A stretch of 64,000 nt of DNA, taken from the NCBI GenBank assembly GCA_038108155.1, contig JAYNHP010000002.1, positions 1,067 through 65,066 of the forward strand. The letters are read 5' to 3'. Position numbers and translations under genes: made by a program. Below are positions 36,567-46,549 of this stretch, piece after piece. The DNA comes from Flavobacteriales bacterium (lineage in GTDB: Bacteria > Bacteroidota > Bacteroidia > Flavobacteriales_D > Parvicellaceae). The notes beneath the pieces were generated by a model. It was not told the DNA's origin. It did not search any database and saw only the letters and a list, made by a program, of their open reading frames with translations. The first letter of the stretch is position 1. Each line of letters opens with the position of its first letter.

Positions 36567-38042
36567 ATGTCGTCAAAGGGTATTGTTAAAAGAAGTGAAG
36601 ATTTTTCAAAATGGTATAATGAGTTAGTTCTAAAAGCCGACTTAGCAGAGCACTCTGATGTAAGAGGATGTATGATTATTAAACCTTATGGTTATGCTAT
36701 TTGGGAAAAAATCAAAGATCAATTGGATTTAATGTTCAAGGAAACAGGACATCAAAATGCTTACTTCCCATTACTAATTCCAAAATCTTATTTAAGTAAG
36801 GAAGCTGCTCATGTAGAAGGCTTTGCAAAAGAATGTGCTGTAGTTACCCACTACAGACTAAAAAACTCTGAGGATGGTGCTGGAGTTGTTGTTGATCCAG
36901 CTGCCAAGTTAGAAGAAGAATTAATAATAAGACCAACCTCAGAAACAATTATTTGGAATACGTATAAAAAATGGATTCAATCATATAGAGATTTGCCAAT
37001 TTTAGTTAACCAGTGGGCAAATGTTGTTAGATGGGAAATGAGGACAAGACTTTTCCTTAGAACATCAGAGTTTTTATGGCAGGAAGGACACACAGCTCAT
37101 GCTACTAAATTAGAAGCTATTAAAGAAACTGAACAGATGCTAGATGTTTATGCAAATTTTGTTGAAAATTTCATGGCAGTCCCAGTTGTTAAAGGAGTTA
37201 AATCTGAAAATGAAAGATTTGCAGGTGCGGAAGAAACCTATTGCATTGAAGCTCTTATGCAAGACGGTAAAGCCTTACAAGCAGGTACTTCGCATTTTTT
37301 AGGTCAAAACTTTGCCAAAGCATTTGATGTTACTTTTGCAGATAAAGAAGGAAAAAAGAATCATGTTTGGGCAACTTCTTGGGGTGTTTCAACTAGACTT
37401 ATGGGGGCTTTAATTATGACCCATTCAGATGATAAAGGTCTCGTTTTGCCACCTAAATTGTCTCCAATTCAAATAGTAATAGTTCCTATTTATAAAAATG
37501 AAGATCAACTTAATATTATTTCTGATTATGCTCATAAATTAATAAAAGAACTTTCAGAACTTAATATTTCAGTAAAATTTGACAACGATGATAACAAAAA
37601 ACCTGGGTGGAAGTTTGCAGAATATGAAATGAAAGGGGTTCCTCTTAGAATTTCTGTTGGCCCAAGAGATATGGAGAACAAAACTGTAGAACTTGCAAGA
37701 AGAGATAATTTAACTAAATCTACAGTTTCTCAAGAAGGTTTGCCGAAGTTATTGTTAGATACTCTGAATAAAATTCAAGAAGAATTATTTTCAAAAGCTA
37801 GTTTGTTTTTAAATGAAAATACTTTCCAAGTAGATTCAATTGATCAAATGAACCAAGTTCTAAATACTAAAGGTGGTTTTGTTGAAGCTTTTTGGAATGG
37901 AGATTCTAAATCAGAACAAAAAATTAAAGATTTAACAAAAGCTACTATCAGGTGTATTCCTCTTGAGGAGTCTGAAAAAGGAAATTGTGTCCTCACTGGG
38001 GAGCCAAATTCTAAGAAAGTTATATTTGCTAGAGCATATTAA
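36567..38042 (+). CDS. proS: proline-tRNA ligase (archaeal/eukaryote-like type)
   Basis: 491 aa with class II motifs ([41 protein letters not shown]) and a C-terminal ...FARAY ending in the conserved Tyr. Confidence 0.95.
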   Translation: MSSKGIVKRSEDFSKWYNELVLKADLAEHSDVRGCMIIKPYGYAIWEKIKDQLDLMFKETGHQNAYFPLLIPKSYLSKEAAHVEGFAKECAVVTHYRLKNSEDGAGVVVDPAAKLEEELIIRPTSETIIWNTYKKWIQSYRDLPILVNQWANVVRWEMRTRLFLRTSEFLWQEGHTAHATKLEAIKETEQMLDVYANFVENFMAVPVVKGVKSENERFAGAEETYCIEALMQDGKALQAGTSHFLGQNFAKAFDVTFADKEGKKNHVWATSWGVSTRLMGALIMTHSDDKGLVLPPKLSPIQIVIVPIYKNEDQLNIISDYAHKLIKELSELNISVKFDNDDNKKPGWKFAEYEMKGVPLRISVGPRDMENKTVELARRDNLTKSTVSQEGLPKLLLDTLNKIQEELFSKASLFLNENTFQVDSIDQMNQVLNTKGGFVEAFWNGDSKSEQKIKDLTKATIRCIPLEESEKGNCVLTGEPNSKKVIFARAY

Positions 38043-38051
38043 AAATAATCA

Positions 38052-38741
38052 ATGGATTATAAAAAAAATCAAGAATTACTTTTCAATTTAATTAAGGATA
38101 AGAGTGTACTTAAGCAAGATGTTTTTAGTAATATAATTTTAAATTTTAAAGTCCTCAAAGGTGTCTTAAAGGAAATAGGAGATGATTTAAATGATAAGCT
38201 TTCGGATGTCGATGAAAGAATTATAATTGAATATAAAGATTCTGGAGAATTTGAAGCTCAATTAAGAGTTTCGGGTGATTTATTGGTTTTTCAAATGCAT
38301 ACCAATGTTTTTAAATTTGATCCAGAAAATAGTCTTTGGAAGACAAGCTATATTTCAGAAAATTCAAATAGAGGTTATTGTGGTTTAATTAATATATATA
38401 ATTTCTTAAACGATTCTTTTAAATACAATAGATCCAACGATTTAGGTTATTTAATTGGAAGATTATTTATTAATCATGAAAATCATTTCATGGTTCAAGG
38501 CAAAAGACAATTGGGGTTTTTATACAACGATTTTATTAATTCAACTGTAGATAAAGACAAATTAAAATCTATTGTCCAGTCTGCTATATTATATTCCTTA
38601 GACTTTGACCTTTTAGTGCCAAGTTATGATCTTGTAAATAAAGTCTCTGTCAACGAGGTAAAACAAGTTGGCGACCATCATAAATTAAGAACTGCTAAAA
38701 GATTAGGCTTTATATTTGAGAGCAATAATGATGAAATTTAA
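38052..38741 (+). CDS. hypothetical protein
   Basis: 229-aa ORF, 9 nt downstream of proS, with no signal peptide. No family recognised. Confidence 0.5.
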   Translation: MDYKKNQELLFNLIKDKSVLKQDVFSNIILNFKVLKGVLKEIGDDLNDKLSDVDERIIIEYKDSGEFEAQLRVSGDLLVFQMHTNVFKFDPENSLWKTSYISENSNRGYCGLINIYNFLNDSFKYNRSNDLGYLIGRLFINHENHFMVQGKRQLGFLYNDFINSTVDKDKLKSIVQSAILYSLDFDLLVPSYDLVNKVSVNEVKQVGDHHKLRTAKRLGFIFESNNDEI

Positions 38742-38762
38742 TTTTATTTAATTTGATTTTTT

Positions 38763-38792
38763 TTTGCCTAACTAAAAAAAAAACTAAATTTG
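38763..38792 (+). promoter_or_regulatory. putative Bacteroidota promoter for tRNA-Glu/rpsT (-33 TTTG, 18-nt spacer, -7 TAAATTTG)
   Basis: TTTG at 38763..38766 and TAAATTTG at 38785..38792. The tRNA starts 20 nt downstream. Confidence 0.5.
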
Positions 38793-38811
38793 CGCTCCAT
38801 TTAATGAAAAT

Positions 38812-38883
38812 GGCCCGTTCGTCTAGGGGTTAGGACGCCAGGTTTTCATCCTGGAAACAGGGGTTCGATTCCCCTACGGGCTA
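38812..38883 (+). tRNA. tRNA-Glu (anticodon UUC)
   Basis: Hand-folded cloverleaf: acceptor GGCCCGT/ACGGGCT, D arm GTCT/GGAC, anticodon stem CCAGG/CCTGG with loop TTTTCAT (anticodon TTC), T arm AGGGG-TTCGATT-CCCCT. 72 nt; no CCA is encoded. Confidence 0.93.
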
Positions 38884-38898
38884 CTAAAATAAAATAAT

Positions 38899-39150
38899 AT
38901 GGCAAACCATAAATCTGCAATAAAAAGAATTAGGTCTAATAAAGACAAGACGTTGAGAAACAAGTACCAGCATAAATCTGCTAGAACAGCTATTCAGAAG
39001 CTTAGAGAGACCACTGATAAAAAAGAAGCTAGTTCTCTTTTAGTATTTGTATCTTCAATGATTGATAAGTTAGTGAAGAAAAATATTATTCATAAAAATA
39101 AAGCTTCCAACCTCAAATCAAAACTTACTAAAAAAGTTAACGCTTTATAA
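38899..39150 (+). CDS. rpsT: 30S ribosomal protein S20
   Basis: 83 aa, highly basic, with the MANHKSAIKRIR... N-terminus. Confidence 0.93.
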   Translation: MANHKSAIKRIRSNKDKTLRNKYQHKSARTAIQKLRETTDKKEASSLLVFVSSMIDKLVKKNIIHKNKASNLKSKLTKKVNAL

Positions 39151-39175
39151 GATTAGTAATTCATAAAAAAAATTT

Positions 39176-39202
39176 AAAGAGCTGTGACAGCTCTTTTTTT
39201 TT
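39176..39202 (+). terminator. rho-independent terminator
   Basis: AAAGAGCTG-tga-CAGCTCTTT stem-loop followed by a T9 run, 26 nt after the rpsT stop. Confidence 0.85.
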
Positions 39203-39322
39203 GCAGAATAAATCATGAAATTTAACTTTAACCCCAAAAATTACTTATTCATTAAGTTGTATAATAAGTTCCTTAAATAGAAGTTTGTTATATTTAATGG
39301 TCTTGAAAATTTAATTTGTTAA

Positions 39323-40465
39323 ATGAGAATTATAACTGTAATAGGGGCTAGGCCCCAAATTATAAAAGCTGCAGCTTTATCCAGAGTAATTTTAAATGAC
39401 TTTCAGGAAATTGAAGAAATAATAGTTCATACTGGTCAGCATTATGATAAAAATATGTCTGATATTTTCTTTACAGAACTAGAAATTCCCAAGCCACAAA
39501 TTAATTTAAAAGTAGGTTCTTCTTCTCATGGAGCTCAAACAGCCTTAATGATTGAGAAAATTGAAAAAGTAATGCTAGAGTATTCTCCGAATGCTGTAGT
39601 TGTTTACGGAGATACTAATTCTACTTTAGCTACTGCCGTAGCTGCTTCAAAGCTTCACGTTCCTATTGTCCATATAGAGTCTGGTCTTAGATCATTTAAT
39701 AAAAAAATGCCAGAGGAAGTAAATAGAATTTTGTGTGATCATGTTTCCACATTACTTTTTTCGCCAACTAAAAGTGGTTATAACAATTTACTTAAAGAAG
39801 GTTTTTCAAAAGAAAAATCAAATAATGCATCTGCAGATTTCCCAAATATTTACCATTGTGGTGATATTATGTATGATAATAGTCTATATTTTTCTAAGCT
39901 TAGCGATGAAAATTCAGATATTATAGAAAAATTAAATGTTCAAAATGAAAAATTCATTTTAGCAACAGTCCATAGAAATGACAATACCGATTCTAAAATT
40001 AAGTTAAAAGATTTATTTTCTACTTTTTTACAGATTACCGAAATTCATCAGCTAAAAATCATTCTTCCATTGCATCCAAGAACTTCTAAAATGATGGAGC
40101 AGCTTTTAGATTCTAAACTTTTAAAGAAAATTCAAGAATCTAATTTACTTACCATTATTGATCCAGCTAGTTTTCTAGATATGATTGCTCTTGAGAAAAA
40201 TGCTGAATTAATAATAACAGATAGTGGAGGAGTTCAAAAAGAGGCATATTTTTTTAAAAAACCATGTATTATTCTAAGACCTCAAACAGAGTGGGTAGAA
40301 ATTGTTGAAACTAAAAGTGCAGTTATTTCAGATACCAATTCTAAGATAATTTTAGAAGCTACAGAAAGATTCTTATCAAATCCAGATTTAAAGTTCCCAG
40401 AAGTCTTTGGTGATGGGAACGCAGCTTCATTTATAGCTAAAGAAATGCTTAATCAATTTTCATGA
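39323..40465 (+). CDS. wecB: UDP-N-acetylglucosamine 2-epimerase (non-hydrolysing)
   Basis: Motifs VIGARPQIIKAA, VVVYGDTNSTLA, HIESGLRSFN..MPEEVNR and TDSGGVQKEAYFF. Confidence 0.92.
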   Translation: MRIITVIGARPQIIKAAALSRVILNDFQEIEEIIVHTGQHYDKNMSDIFFTELEIPKPQINLKVGSSSHGAQTALMIEKIEKVMLEYSPNAVVVYGDTNSTLATAVAASKLHVPIVHIESGLRSFNKKMPEEVNRILCDHVSTLLFSPTKSGYNNLLKEGFSKEKSNNASADFPNIYHCGDIMYDNSLYFSKLSDENSDIIEKLNVQNEKFILATVHRNDNTDSKIKLKDLFSTFLQITEIHQLKIILPLHPRTSKMMEQLLDSKLLKKIQESNLLTIIDPASFLDMIALEKNAELIITDSGGVQKEAYFFKKPCIILRPQTEWVEIVETKSAVISDTNSKIILEATERFLSNPDLKFPEVFGDGNAASFIAKEMLNQFS

Positions 40466-41742
40466 TTACAGTATATTCTTCTATAAAAAGTTCTAGATTG
40501 GAATATGTACTCAATTTTATTTTTAAAAATTTACTAGAAATTGAATTTAAATGGACTCAAGATTCCAAAAATTTAGACGGAGTTATTATTAATTATTCAG
40601 ATGAAAATTTTCCATTTAAAAATTATCAAATAAGGCCATCAGGATTTCTTGTAGATGGCAACTGGGATTTTAAAAAATATATTTTTTTAAAAAACAAGTC
40701 AAACTATTTTTTCCCTCAAAAAAAAGGCGACCACGATTTTGATATTTTAAGTTCTATTTTTTTTATTGTTTCTAGAATGGAAGAGTACCACAATGAGGAT
40801 TATGACGAGCACCATAGATTTATATCTAGTAATTCTATCCTAGTGAAATTAAATTTAGAGCAGAATCCTATAGTTGATCAGTGGTGTTTTTCGCTATTAA
40901 GTCAATTAAACGCAAAATTTAATGTAGAATTAACTTCCCCAAGAAAATTCCATCAGTTTTCTACTTTTGATATTGATAATGCTTATGCTTTCAAGGGTAA
41001 GAGTTTGTCGAGGTCCTTAGGTTCGTTTTTTAAAGATTTAATAAGTTTTAGATTTTATAAGTTAAAACAAAGACTTGAATTCCTTTTAGGGAAAACTAAA
41101 GATCCATATGATAACTATGATTACATTCTTGAATTTTTAAAAACAAATCAATTAAAATCAATCTTTTTCTTTTTGTTAGGCGATTATGCTAAGATGGATA
41201 AAAATATCCACCACAACCATCCTTATATTTTAAATTTAATACGATCTATATACAAGAATCATTTAATTGGAATTCACCCATCTTACAAGTCATTTAATAA
41301 TTTAGAGACCTTAAAGATGGAAATTTCTAGACTAGATAAAATTACTAGCAAAACAATTATCTCTAGATTTCATTATTTAAAATTCACCCTTCCAAAATCC
41401 TACCAGATTTTATTAAAATCTGGAATTAAGCAGGATTATAGCATGGGTTTTTCTGATAGAATAGGCTTTAGAGCTGGAACGTGTACACCATTTTATTTTT
41501 ATGATTTAGAGAATGAATGTACTACGGATTTAAAAATATTTCCATTTGCATATATGGATGGTGTTTTAAATGATAAATTAAAATTCACTCCAGAATATTC
41601 ATCGAAACTAATTTCTAAAATTAAGCAAGAAGTGAAAAAAGTTAACGGTACATTTAATGCTGTTTGGCATAATGAATCTTTAAGTAATCAGGACAGGTGG
41701 AAAGGTTGGAGGTTAGTCTTTGAGACAACTTGGTTAGATTAA
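40462..41742 (+). CDS. hypothetical protein, possibly polysaccharide-deacetylase-like
   Basis: 426 aa with an ATGA overlap with wecB. The FDIDNAYAF and HPSY motifs are reminiscent of NodB-type deacetylase relatives in Bacteroidota. This is a weak assignment from memory. Confidence 0.4.
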   Translation: MITVYSSIKSSRLEYVLNFIFKNLLEIEFKWTQDSKNLDGVIINYSDENFPFKNYQIRPSGFLVDGNWDFKKYIFLKNKSNYFFPQKKGDHDFDILSSIFFIVSRMEEYHNEDYDEHHRFISSNSILVKLNLEQNPIVDQWCFSLLSQLNAKFNVELTSPRKFHQFSTFDIDNAYAFKGKSLSRSLGSFFKDLISFRFYKLKQRLEFLLGKTKDPYDNYDYILEFLKTNQLKSIFFFLLGDYAKMDKNIHHNHPYILNLIRSIYKNHLIGIHPSYKSFNNLETLKMEISRLDKITSKTIISRFHYLKFTLPKSYQILLKSGIKQDYSMGFSDRIGFRAGTCTPFYFYDLENECTTDLKIFPFAYMDGVLNDKLKFTPEYSSKLISKIKQEVKKVNGTFNAVWHNESLSNQDRWKGWRLVFETTWLD

Positions 41743-41769
41743 TCCACTTTTGTTCGTTAAATTCATACT

Positions 41770-42426
41770 ATGAAAATTTATAATTTTAGTCAGTATTCAT
41801 CTCTTTACAATAAGTTTTTATCTGAGCTTAGAGATGAAAATATTCAAAAAGACAGTATGAGATTCAGAAAGAATCTTGAGCGCTTAGGTGAAATATCTGC
41901 TTATGAAATAAGCAAAACTTTACAGGAGAATTCTCAATTGACTAAAACTCCTCTAGGTACTTCAAAAACTAATGTCCCGTCTGAAAACTTGGTTTTGGCT
42001 ACTGTTTTAAGAGCTGGGTTGCCTCTTCACAACGGATTATTAAAATATTACGACAACGCTGAAAATTGTTTTATTTCAGCATATAGGAAACATACTAGTA
42101 AAGAAGAATTTGAAGTGGAGATTCAATATATGGCAAGTCCTAACTTATCCGATAAAATTGTTTTGCTTTCAGATCCAATGTTGGCTACTGGACGTTCTAT
42201 GGTTTTAGCTTACAAGGCACTTTTAAAAAAAGGCATTCCTTCAAAAATTCATATTGTTTGTGTTATTGGTAGTGAACAAGGTGTAGAATATATTTCCAAA
42301 AATTTTCCTGAAGATACTACTCTTTGGATTGGAGGAATTGATTCTAAAATGACTAGTGAGTCTTATATTGTTCCAGGATTAGGAGATGCTGGAGATTTGG
42401 CGTTTGGAAAAAAAGAAGATGAATGA
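41770..42426 (+). CDS. upp: uracil phosphoribosyltransferase
   Basis: PRPP motif VLLSDPMLATGRSM and C-terminal YIVPGLGDAGDLAFG. Confidence 0.93.
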   Translation: MKIYNFSQYSSLYNKFLSELRDENIQKDSMRFRKNLERLGEISAYEISKTLQENSQLTKTPLGTSKTNVPSENLVLATVLRAGLPLHNGLLKYYDNAENCFISAYRKHTSKEEFEVEIQYMASPNLSDKIVLLSDPMLATGRSMVLAYKALLKKGIPSKIHIVCVIGSEQGVEYISKNFPEDTTLWIGGIDSKMTSESYIVPGLGDAGDLAFGKKEDE

Positions 42427-42869
42427 GTTGGGATGTCTATGTATATGTATTTTTTTTAGCACATGTTAAGTTTTTATTTGCTGCATCAATTGCAGAGGCA
42501 ACTACAGACTTAAATTTTCTTGAAATTTTATTATCATCTACCCTCGGCGCATTGTTTTGTTACAATGTTTCTTATTTGGTTGGACGACTTATTTTTTTTA
42601 AAAATAATCCATCTAAAGACAGGTTTTTTCTTAAAAAGAACAAAAAAAATTTCAAGAAAAGAAATAGGATAATAATCAAAATAAAAAATTCAAAATTGGG
42701 ATATTTAATCTTGTGCTCATTAGCACCAGTTTTTTTAACAATTCCAATAGGCACGTTTGTGGTTCTTAAATTTTATGGAAACAGAAAATTGACTTACTGG
42801 TTAGTCTTTATATCTCTTGCTTCAATTTCTTTTATTTTAACCTTTATAAATCACTTTATTTTTAATTGA
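42423..42869 (+). CDS. small integral membrane protein with a highly basic loop
   Basis: 148 aa with about 4 hydrophobic helices and a Lys/Arg-rich loop (FFLKKNKKNFKKRNRIIIKIKNSK). ATGA overlap with upp and TGATG overlap with the next gene. Confidence 0.5.
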   Translation: MSWDVYVYVFFLAHVKFLFAASIAEATTDLNFLEILLSSTLGALFCYNVSYLVGRLIFFKNNPSKDRFFLKKNKKNFKKRNRIIIKIKNSKLGYLILCSLAPVFLTIPIGTFVVLKFYGNRKLTYWLVFISLASISFILTFINHFIFN

Positions 42870-43564
42870 TGGAGATAAAACATTTGTTCTTTGATTTAGA
42901 TAGAACTTTATGGGACTTTGAGACCAATTCTTTTAATGAACTGATTAGCTTATACCACTGTCACAATTTGCATCAAAAAGGAATTTCATTAGCTGAAGAA
43001 TTTGTGAAAGTTTATAAAAAAATAAACGAAAAATGCTGGGAAAGATATAGGTCAAACCAACTAAGTAAAGAAAATTTAAGATTTGAGAGGTTTAAAGAAA
43101 CACTTGAATATTTCGGTATTTATAATTTAGAGCTTTCCATTAAAATGGGGAATGATTATGTTAAAAACTCACCTTACAGAACAATTTTAATTCCAAATAC
43201 TATAGAATTACTTACTGAGCTTCAGCATAACTATCAATTGCATATAATTACTAATGGTTTTCAAGAAGTTCAACAAATTAAAATTGACCAGTCTGGGCTT
43301 TCTAAATTTTTTAAAATAGTTGTAACGTCAGAAATGGCAGGAGCAAAGAAGCCAAGTCCTTTAATATTTAACTATGCTTTAGAAAAATCCGGGGCAACTG
43401 TACAGAATTCTGTAATGATAGGTGATGATTTAAATACAGATATTCAGGGTGCTTTAAAAGTGGGAATGAAGGCTATATATTTTAATCCTGATCAAAAATC
43501 AAATAATACAAATGTGTGGAAAGAAGTTTCCAGCTTAACAGAAATTATAAATATTCTTCGATAA
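42869..43564 (+). CDS. HAD-superfamily hydrolase, YjjG-like nucleotidase
   Basis: Motif I FFDLDRTLWDF, motif II ITNG and motif III/IV KKP...MIGDDLNTDIQGA. The ATG at 42869 is preferred to the TTG at 42866. Confidence 0.8.
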   Translation: MEIKHLFFDLDRTLWDFETNSFNELISLYHCHNLHQKGISLAEEFVKVYKKINEKCWERYRSNQLSKENLRFERFKETLEYFGIYNLELSIKMGNDYVKNSPYRTILIPNTIELLTELQHNYQLHIITNGFQEVQQIKIDQSGLSKFFKIVVTSEMAGAKKPSPLIFNYALEKSGATVQNSVMIGDDLNTDIQGALKVGMKAIYFNPDQKSNNTNVWKEVSSLTEIINILR

Positions 43565-43615
43565 ATCGGCTCTTTTTTATTTAAGATTTTTTTCTTTAAT
43601 ATTGACCAAACTATC

Positions 43616-43646
43616 TTTGTTACTTCGCTCAAATTCAGTAAATTTG
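43616..43646 (+). promoter_or_regulatory. putative Bacteroidota promoter for acnB (-33 TTTG, 19-nt spacer, -7 TAAATTTG)
   Basis: TTTG at 43616..43619 and TAAATTTG at 43639..43646, about 80 nt upstream of the acnB ATG. Confidence 0.5.
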
Positions 43647-43726
43647 TAACCTAAAAATTTTAGATTATAATCTGTTAGGTAATTTATAATCTCCAAAGTT
43701 TTAAAAAATTTAAAAGTCTTTAAAAT

Positions 43727-46504
43727 ATGAGTTTATACCAGGATTACTTAAAAGAAATTGATTTGCGAAAAGAAGATGGGCTTCACCCAAAGCCAATTGA
43801 AGATGGAGAATTACTCAGTGAAATTATAGACCAAATAAAAGATGAAACTCACCAGTACCGAGACGATTCAATTAATTTCTTTATCTACAACGTCATTCCT
43901 GGAACTACAAGTGCGGCAGCAGTTAAAGCTAAATTTTTAAAACAAATCATCCTTAAAATCTTCTCCTTAGAAGAAATTACTCCAGCTTTTGCCTTTGAAC
44001 TATTGTCTCACATGAAAGGAGGTCCTTCTATTGAAGTACTTCTAGATTTAGCTTTGAGTAACGATTCATCAAATGCCAAACAAGCAGCTACAGTACTTAA
44101 AACTCAAGTTTTTCTTTATGAAGCGGATATGTCTCGATTGGAGGATGCATATAACAATGGAAATTCATTAGCCAAAGAGATTTTAGAAAGTTATGCAAAT
44201 GCTGAATTTTTCACCAAACTACCAGCAGTTGAAGAAGAAATCAAAGTGGTTACCTATGTAGCCGGAGTTGGAGATATATCTACAGATTTATTATCTCCTG
44301 GAAGTGATGCCCATTCTAGATCAGATAGAGAATTACATGGTAAATGTATGTTTGAGCACAATGTAGAACGTCAAAATGAACTACTAGCTTTAAAAGAAAA
44401 ACATCCTGATAAAACTATCATGTTGATAGCTGAAAAAGGTACTATGGGTGTTGGATCATCAAGAATGTCTGGTGTGAATAATGTTGCTCTATGGATTGGA
44501 AAGCAAGCAAGTTCTTATGTTCCATTCATTAATATTGCTCCTGTAGTTGCTGGAACCAATGGAATATCTCCAATTTTTCTTACAACTGTTGGTGTAACTG
44601 GAGGAATAGGATTAGATTTAAAAAACTGGGTTAAGAAAAAAGATGCAGATGGAAATACTGTGGTAGATTCAGATGGAGAGCCAGTATTAGAAGAAGTATA
44701 TTCTGTTAAAACTGGAACCGTTCTCACCATAAATACAAAAAAGAAAAAACTATATAATGGACCAACAGAACTAAGTGATGTTTCTGCCGCTTTTACTCCT
44801 CAAAAAATGGAGTTTATGAGAGCAGGAGGTTCATATGCAATTGTATTTGGAAAAAAATTACAAACATTTGCAGCCAAGACTTTAGGTATTGATATGCCTG
44901 TAGTGTTTGCTCCGTCCAAAGAAATTTCACATCCCGGTCAAGGATTAACAGCTGTAGAAAAAATATTTAATAAAAATGCTGTTGGAACAACTCCAGGTAA
45001 AGTATTACATGCTGGTTCTGATGTTCGTGTTGAGGTTAATATTGTAGGCTCACAAGATACTACCGGACTAATGACTTCGCAAGAACTGGAGTCCATGGCC
45101 GCGACAATTATTTCGCCTATTGTTGATGGAGCCTACCAGTCTGGATGTCACACTGCATCTGTATGGGATAAAAAAGCACAGGAAAATATTCCTAAACTAA
45201 TGAGGTTTATGAACGATTTTGGACTTATTACCGCTCGTGACCCGCTTGGAAAATACCATGCAATGACAGATGTGATTCATAAAGTCTTAAACGATCTTAC
45301 TGTAGATGATTGGGCAATTATTATCGGTGGAGATTCTCATACTAGAATGTCTAAGGGAGTTGCTTTTGGTGCTGACTCAGGAACTGTTGCTCTTGCACTC
45401 GCCACAGGAGAAGCTTCAATGCCCATTCCAGAATCTGTTAAAGTTACTTTTAAAGGAGAAATGAGGCCTCATATGGATTTTCGAGATGTCGTTCACGCTA
45501 CACAATCTCAAATGCTAGATAGGTTTGACGGAGAAAATGTTTTTCAAGGAAAAATTATTGAAGTCCATATTGGTACTCTTCTTGCAGATAAAGCCTTTAC
45601 TTTTACAGATTGGACTGCAGAAATGAAGGCAAAAGCCTCAATTTGTATTTCTGAAGATGATACCTTGATAGAATCATTGGAGGTTGCTAAAAGTAGAATT
45701 AGCATAATGATAGAAAAAGGAATGGACAATAAATTACAAGTCCTTCAAAGTCTTTTAGACCGAGCAAATAAAAGAATTTCAGAAATTAAATCAGGAAAAA
45801 AACCTGCATTAAAGCCAGATTCTAATGCTAAGTACTATGCTGAATTTGAAGTAGATTTAGATATTATTGCTCAACCAATGATAGCAGATCCAGACGTTAA
45901 TAACGAAGATGTTTCTAAGAGATATACCCATGATACTATTAGACCACTTTCATATTACGGTGGAGATAAAAAAGTTGATCTTGGATTTGTAGGCTCTTGT
46001 ATGGTTCATAAGGGTGATCTTAAGATTCTTGCCCAAATGCTTAGAAACTTAGAAGATATTCACGGTAAAGTTGAATTTCATGCCCCACTGGTAGTAGCAG
46101 CTCCTACTTACAATATTATTGATGAATTAACAGCAGAAGGTGATTGGGATGTATTACAAAAATACTCGGGTTTTGTATTTAACGATAGTGCTCCTAAAAA
46201 TACTGCTCGTAAGAAATATGAGAATATGATGTATTTGGAGAGGCCAGGATGTAATCTTTGTATGGGAAATCAAGAAAAAGCTGAAAAAGGAGATACTGTT
46301 ATGGCCACATCTACGCGGTTGTTTCAAGGACGTGTTGTTGCTGACTCTGACAGGAAAAAAGGAGAGTCCTTGTTGGCTTCTACACCAGTAGTTGTTCTTT
46401 CTGCAATTTTAGGTAGAACACCTACCATGGACGAGTACGAAAGTGCAGTAGTTGGTATCAATTTAACAAAGTTTGCACCACCTCAAAAAAGTTTGTGTTC
46501 TTAG
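43727..46504 (+). CDS. acnB: bifunctional aconitate hydratase 2 / 2-methylisocitrate dehydratase
   Basis: 925 aa with an N-terminal HEAT-like plus swivel arrangement, GGDSHTRM, and Fe-S cysteines in GFVGSCM and PGCNLCMGNQ. Confidence 0.95.
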   Translation: MSLYQDYLKEIDLRKEDGLHPKPIEDGELLSEIIDQIKDETHQYRDDSINFFIYNVIPGTTSAAAVKAKFLKQIILKIFSLEEITPAFAFELLSHMKGGPSIEVLLDLALSNDSSNAKQAATVLKTQVFLYEADMSRLEDAYNNGNSLAKEILESYANAEFFTKLPAVEEEIKVVTYVAGVGDISTDLLSPGSDAHSRSDRELHGKCMFEHNVERQNELLALKEKHPDKTIMLIAEKGTMGVGSSRMSGVNNVALWIGKQASSYVPFINIAPVVAGTNGISPIFLTTVGVTGGIGLDLKNWVKKKDADGNTVVDSDGEPVLEEVYSVKTGTVLTINTKKKKLYNGPTELSDVSAAFTPQKMEFMRAGGSYAIVFGKKLQTFAAKTLGIDMPVVFAPSKEISHPGQGLTAVEKIFNKNAVGTTPGKVLHAGSDVRVEVNIVGSQDTTGLMTSQELESMAATIISPIVDGAYQSGCHTASVWDKKAQENIPKLMRFMNDFGLITARDPLGKYHAMTDVIHKVLNDLTVDDWAIIIGGDSHTRMSKGVAFGADSGTVALALATGEASMPIPESVKVTFKGEMRPHMDFRDVVHATQSQMLDRFDGENVFQGKIIEVHIGTLLADKAFTFTDWTAEMKAKASICISEDDTLIESLEVAKSRISIMIEKGMDNKLQVLQSLLDRANKRISEIKSGKKPALKPDSNAKYYAEFEVDLDIIAQPMIADPDVNNEDVSKRYTHDTIRPLSYYGGDKKVDLGFVGSCMVHKGDLKILAQMLRNLEDIHGKVEFHAPLVVAAPTYNIIDELTAEGDWDVLQKYSGFVFNDSAPKNTARKKYENMMYLERPGCNLCMGNQEKAEKGDTVMATSTRLFQGRVVADSDRKKGESLLASTPVVVLSAILGRTPTMDEYESAVVGINLTKFAPPQKSLCS

Positions 46505-46549
46505 ATTTAGTGACTATTACTTTGCTTTTTTTCTTTAAATTACGTTGGA

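Noticed and set aside
38742-39322. The tRNA-Glu neighbourhood, checked as a possible integration hotspot (integrase, direct repeat of the tRNA 3' end).
   Set aside because: The tRNA is followed directly by rpsT, a terminator and wecB. There is no integrase, no duplicated tRNA 3' segment and no compositional break.
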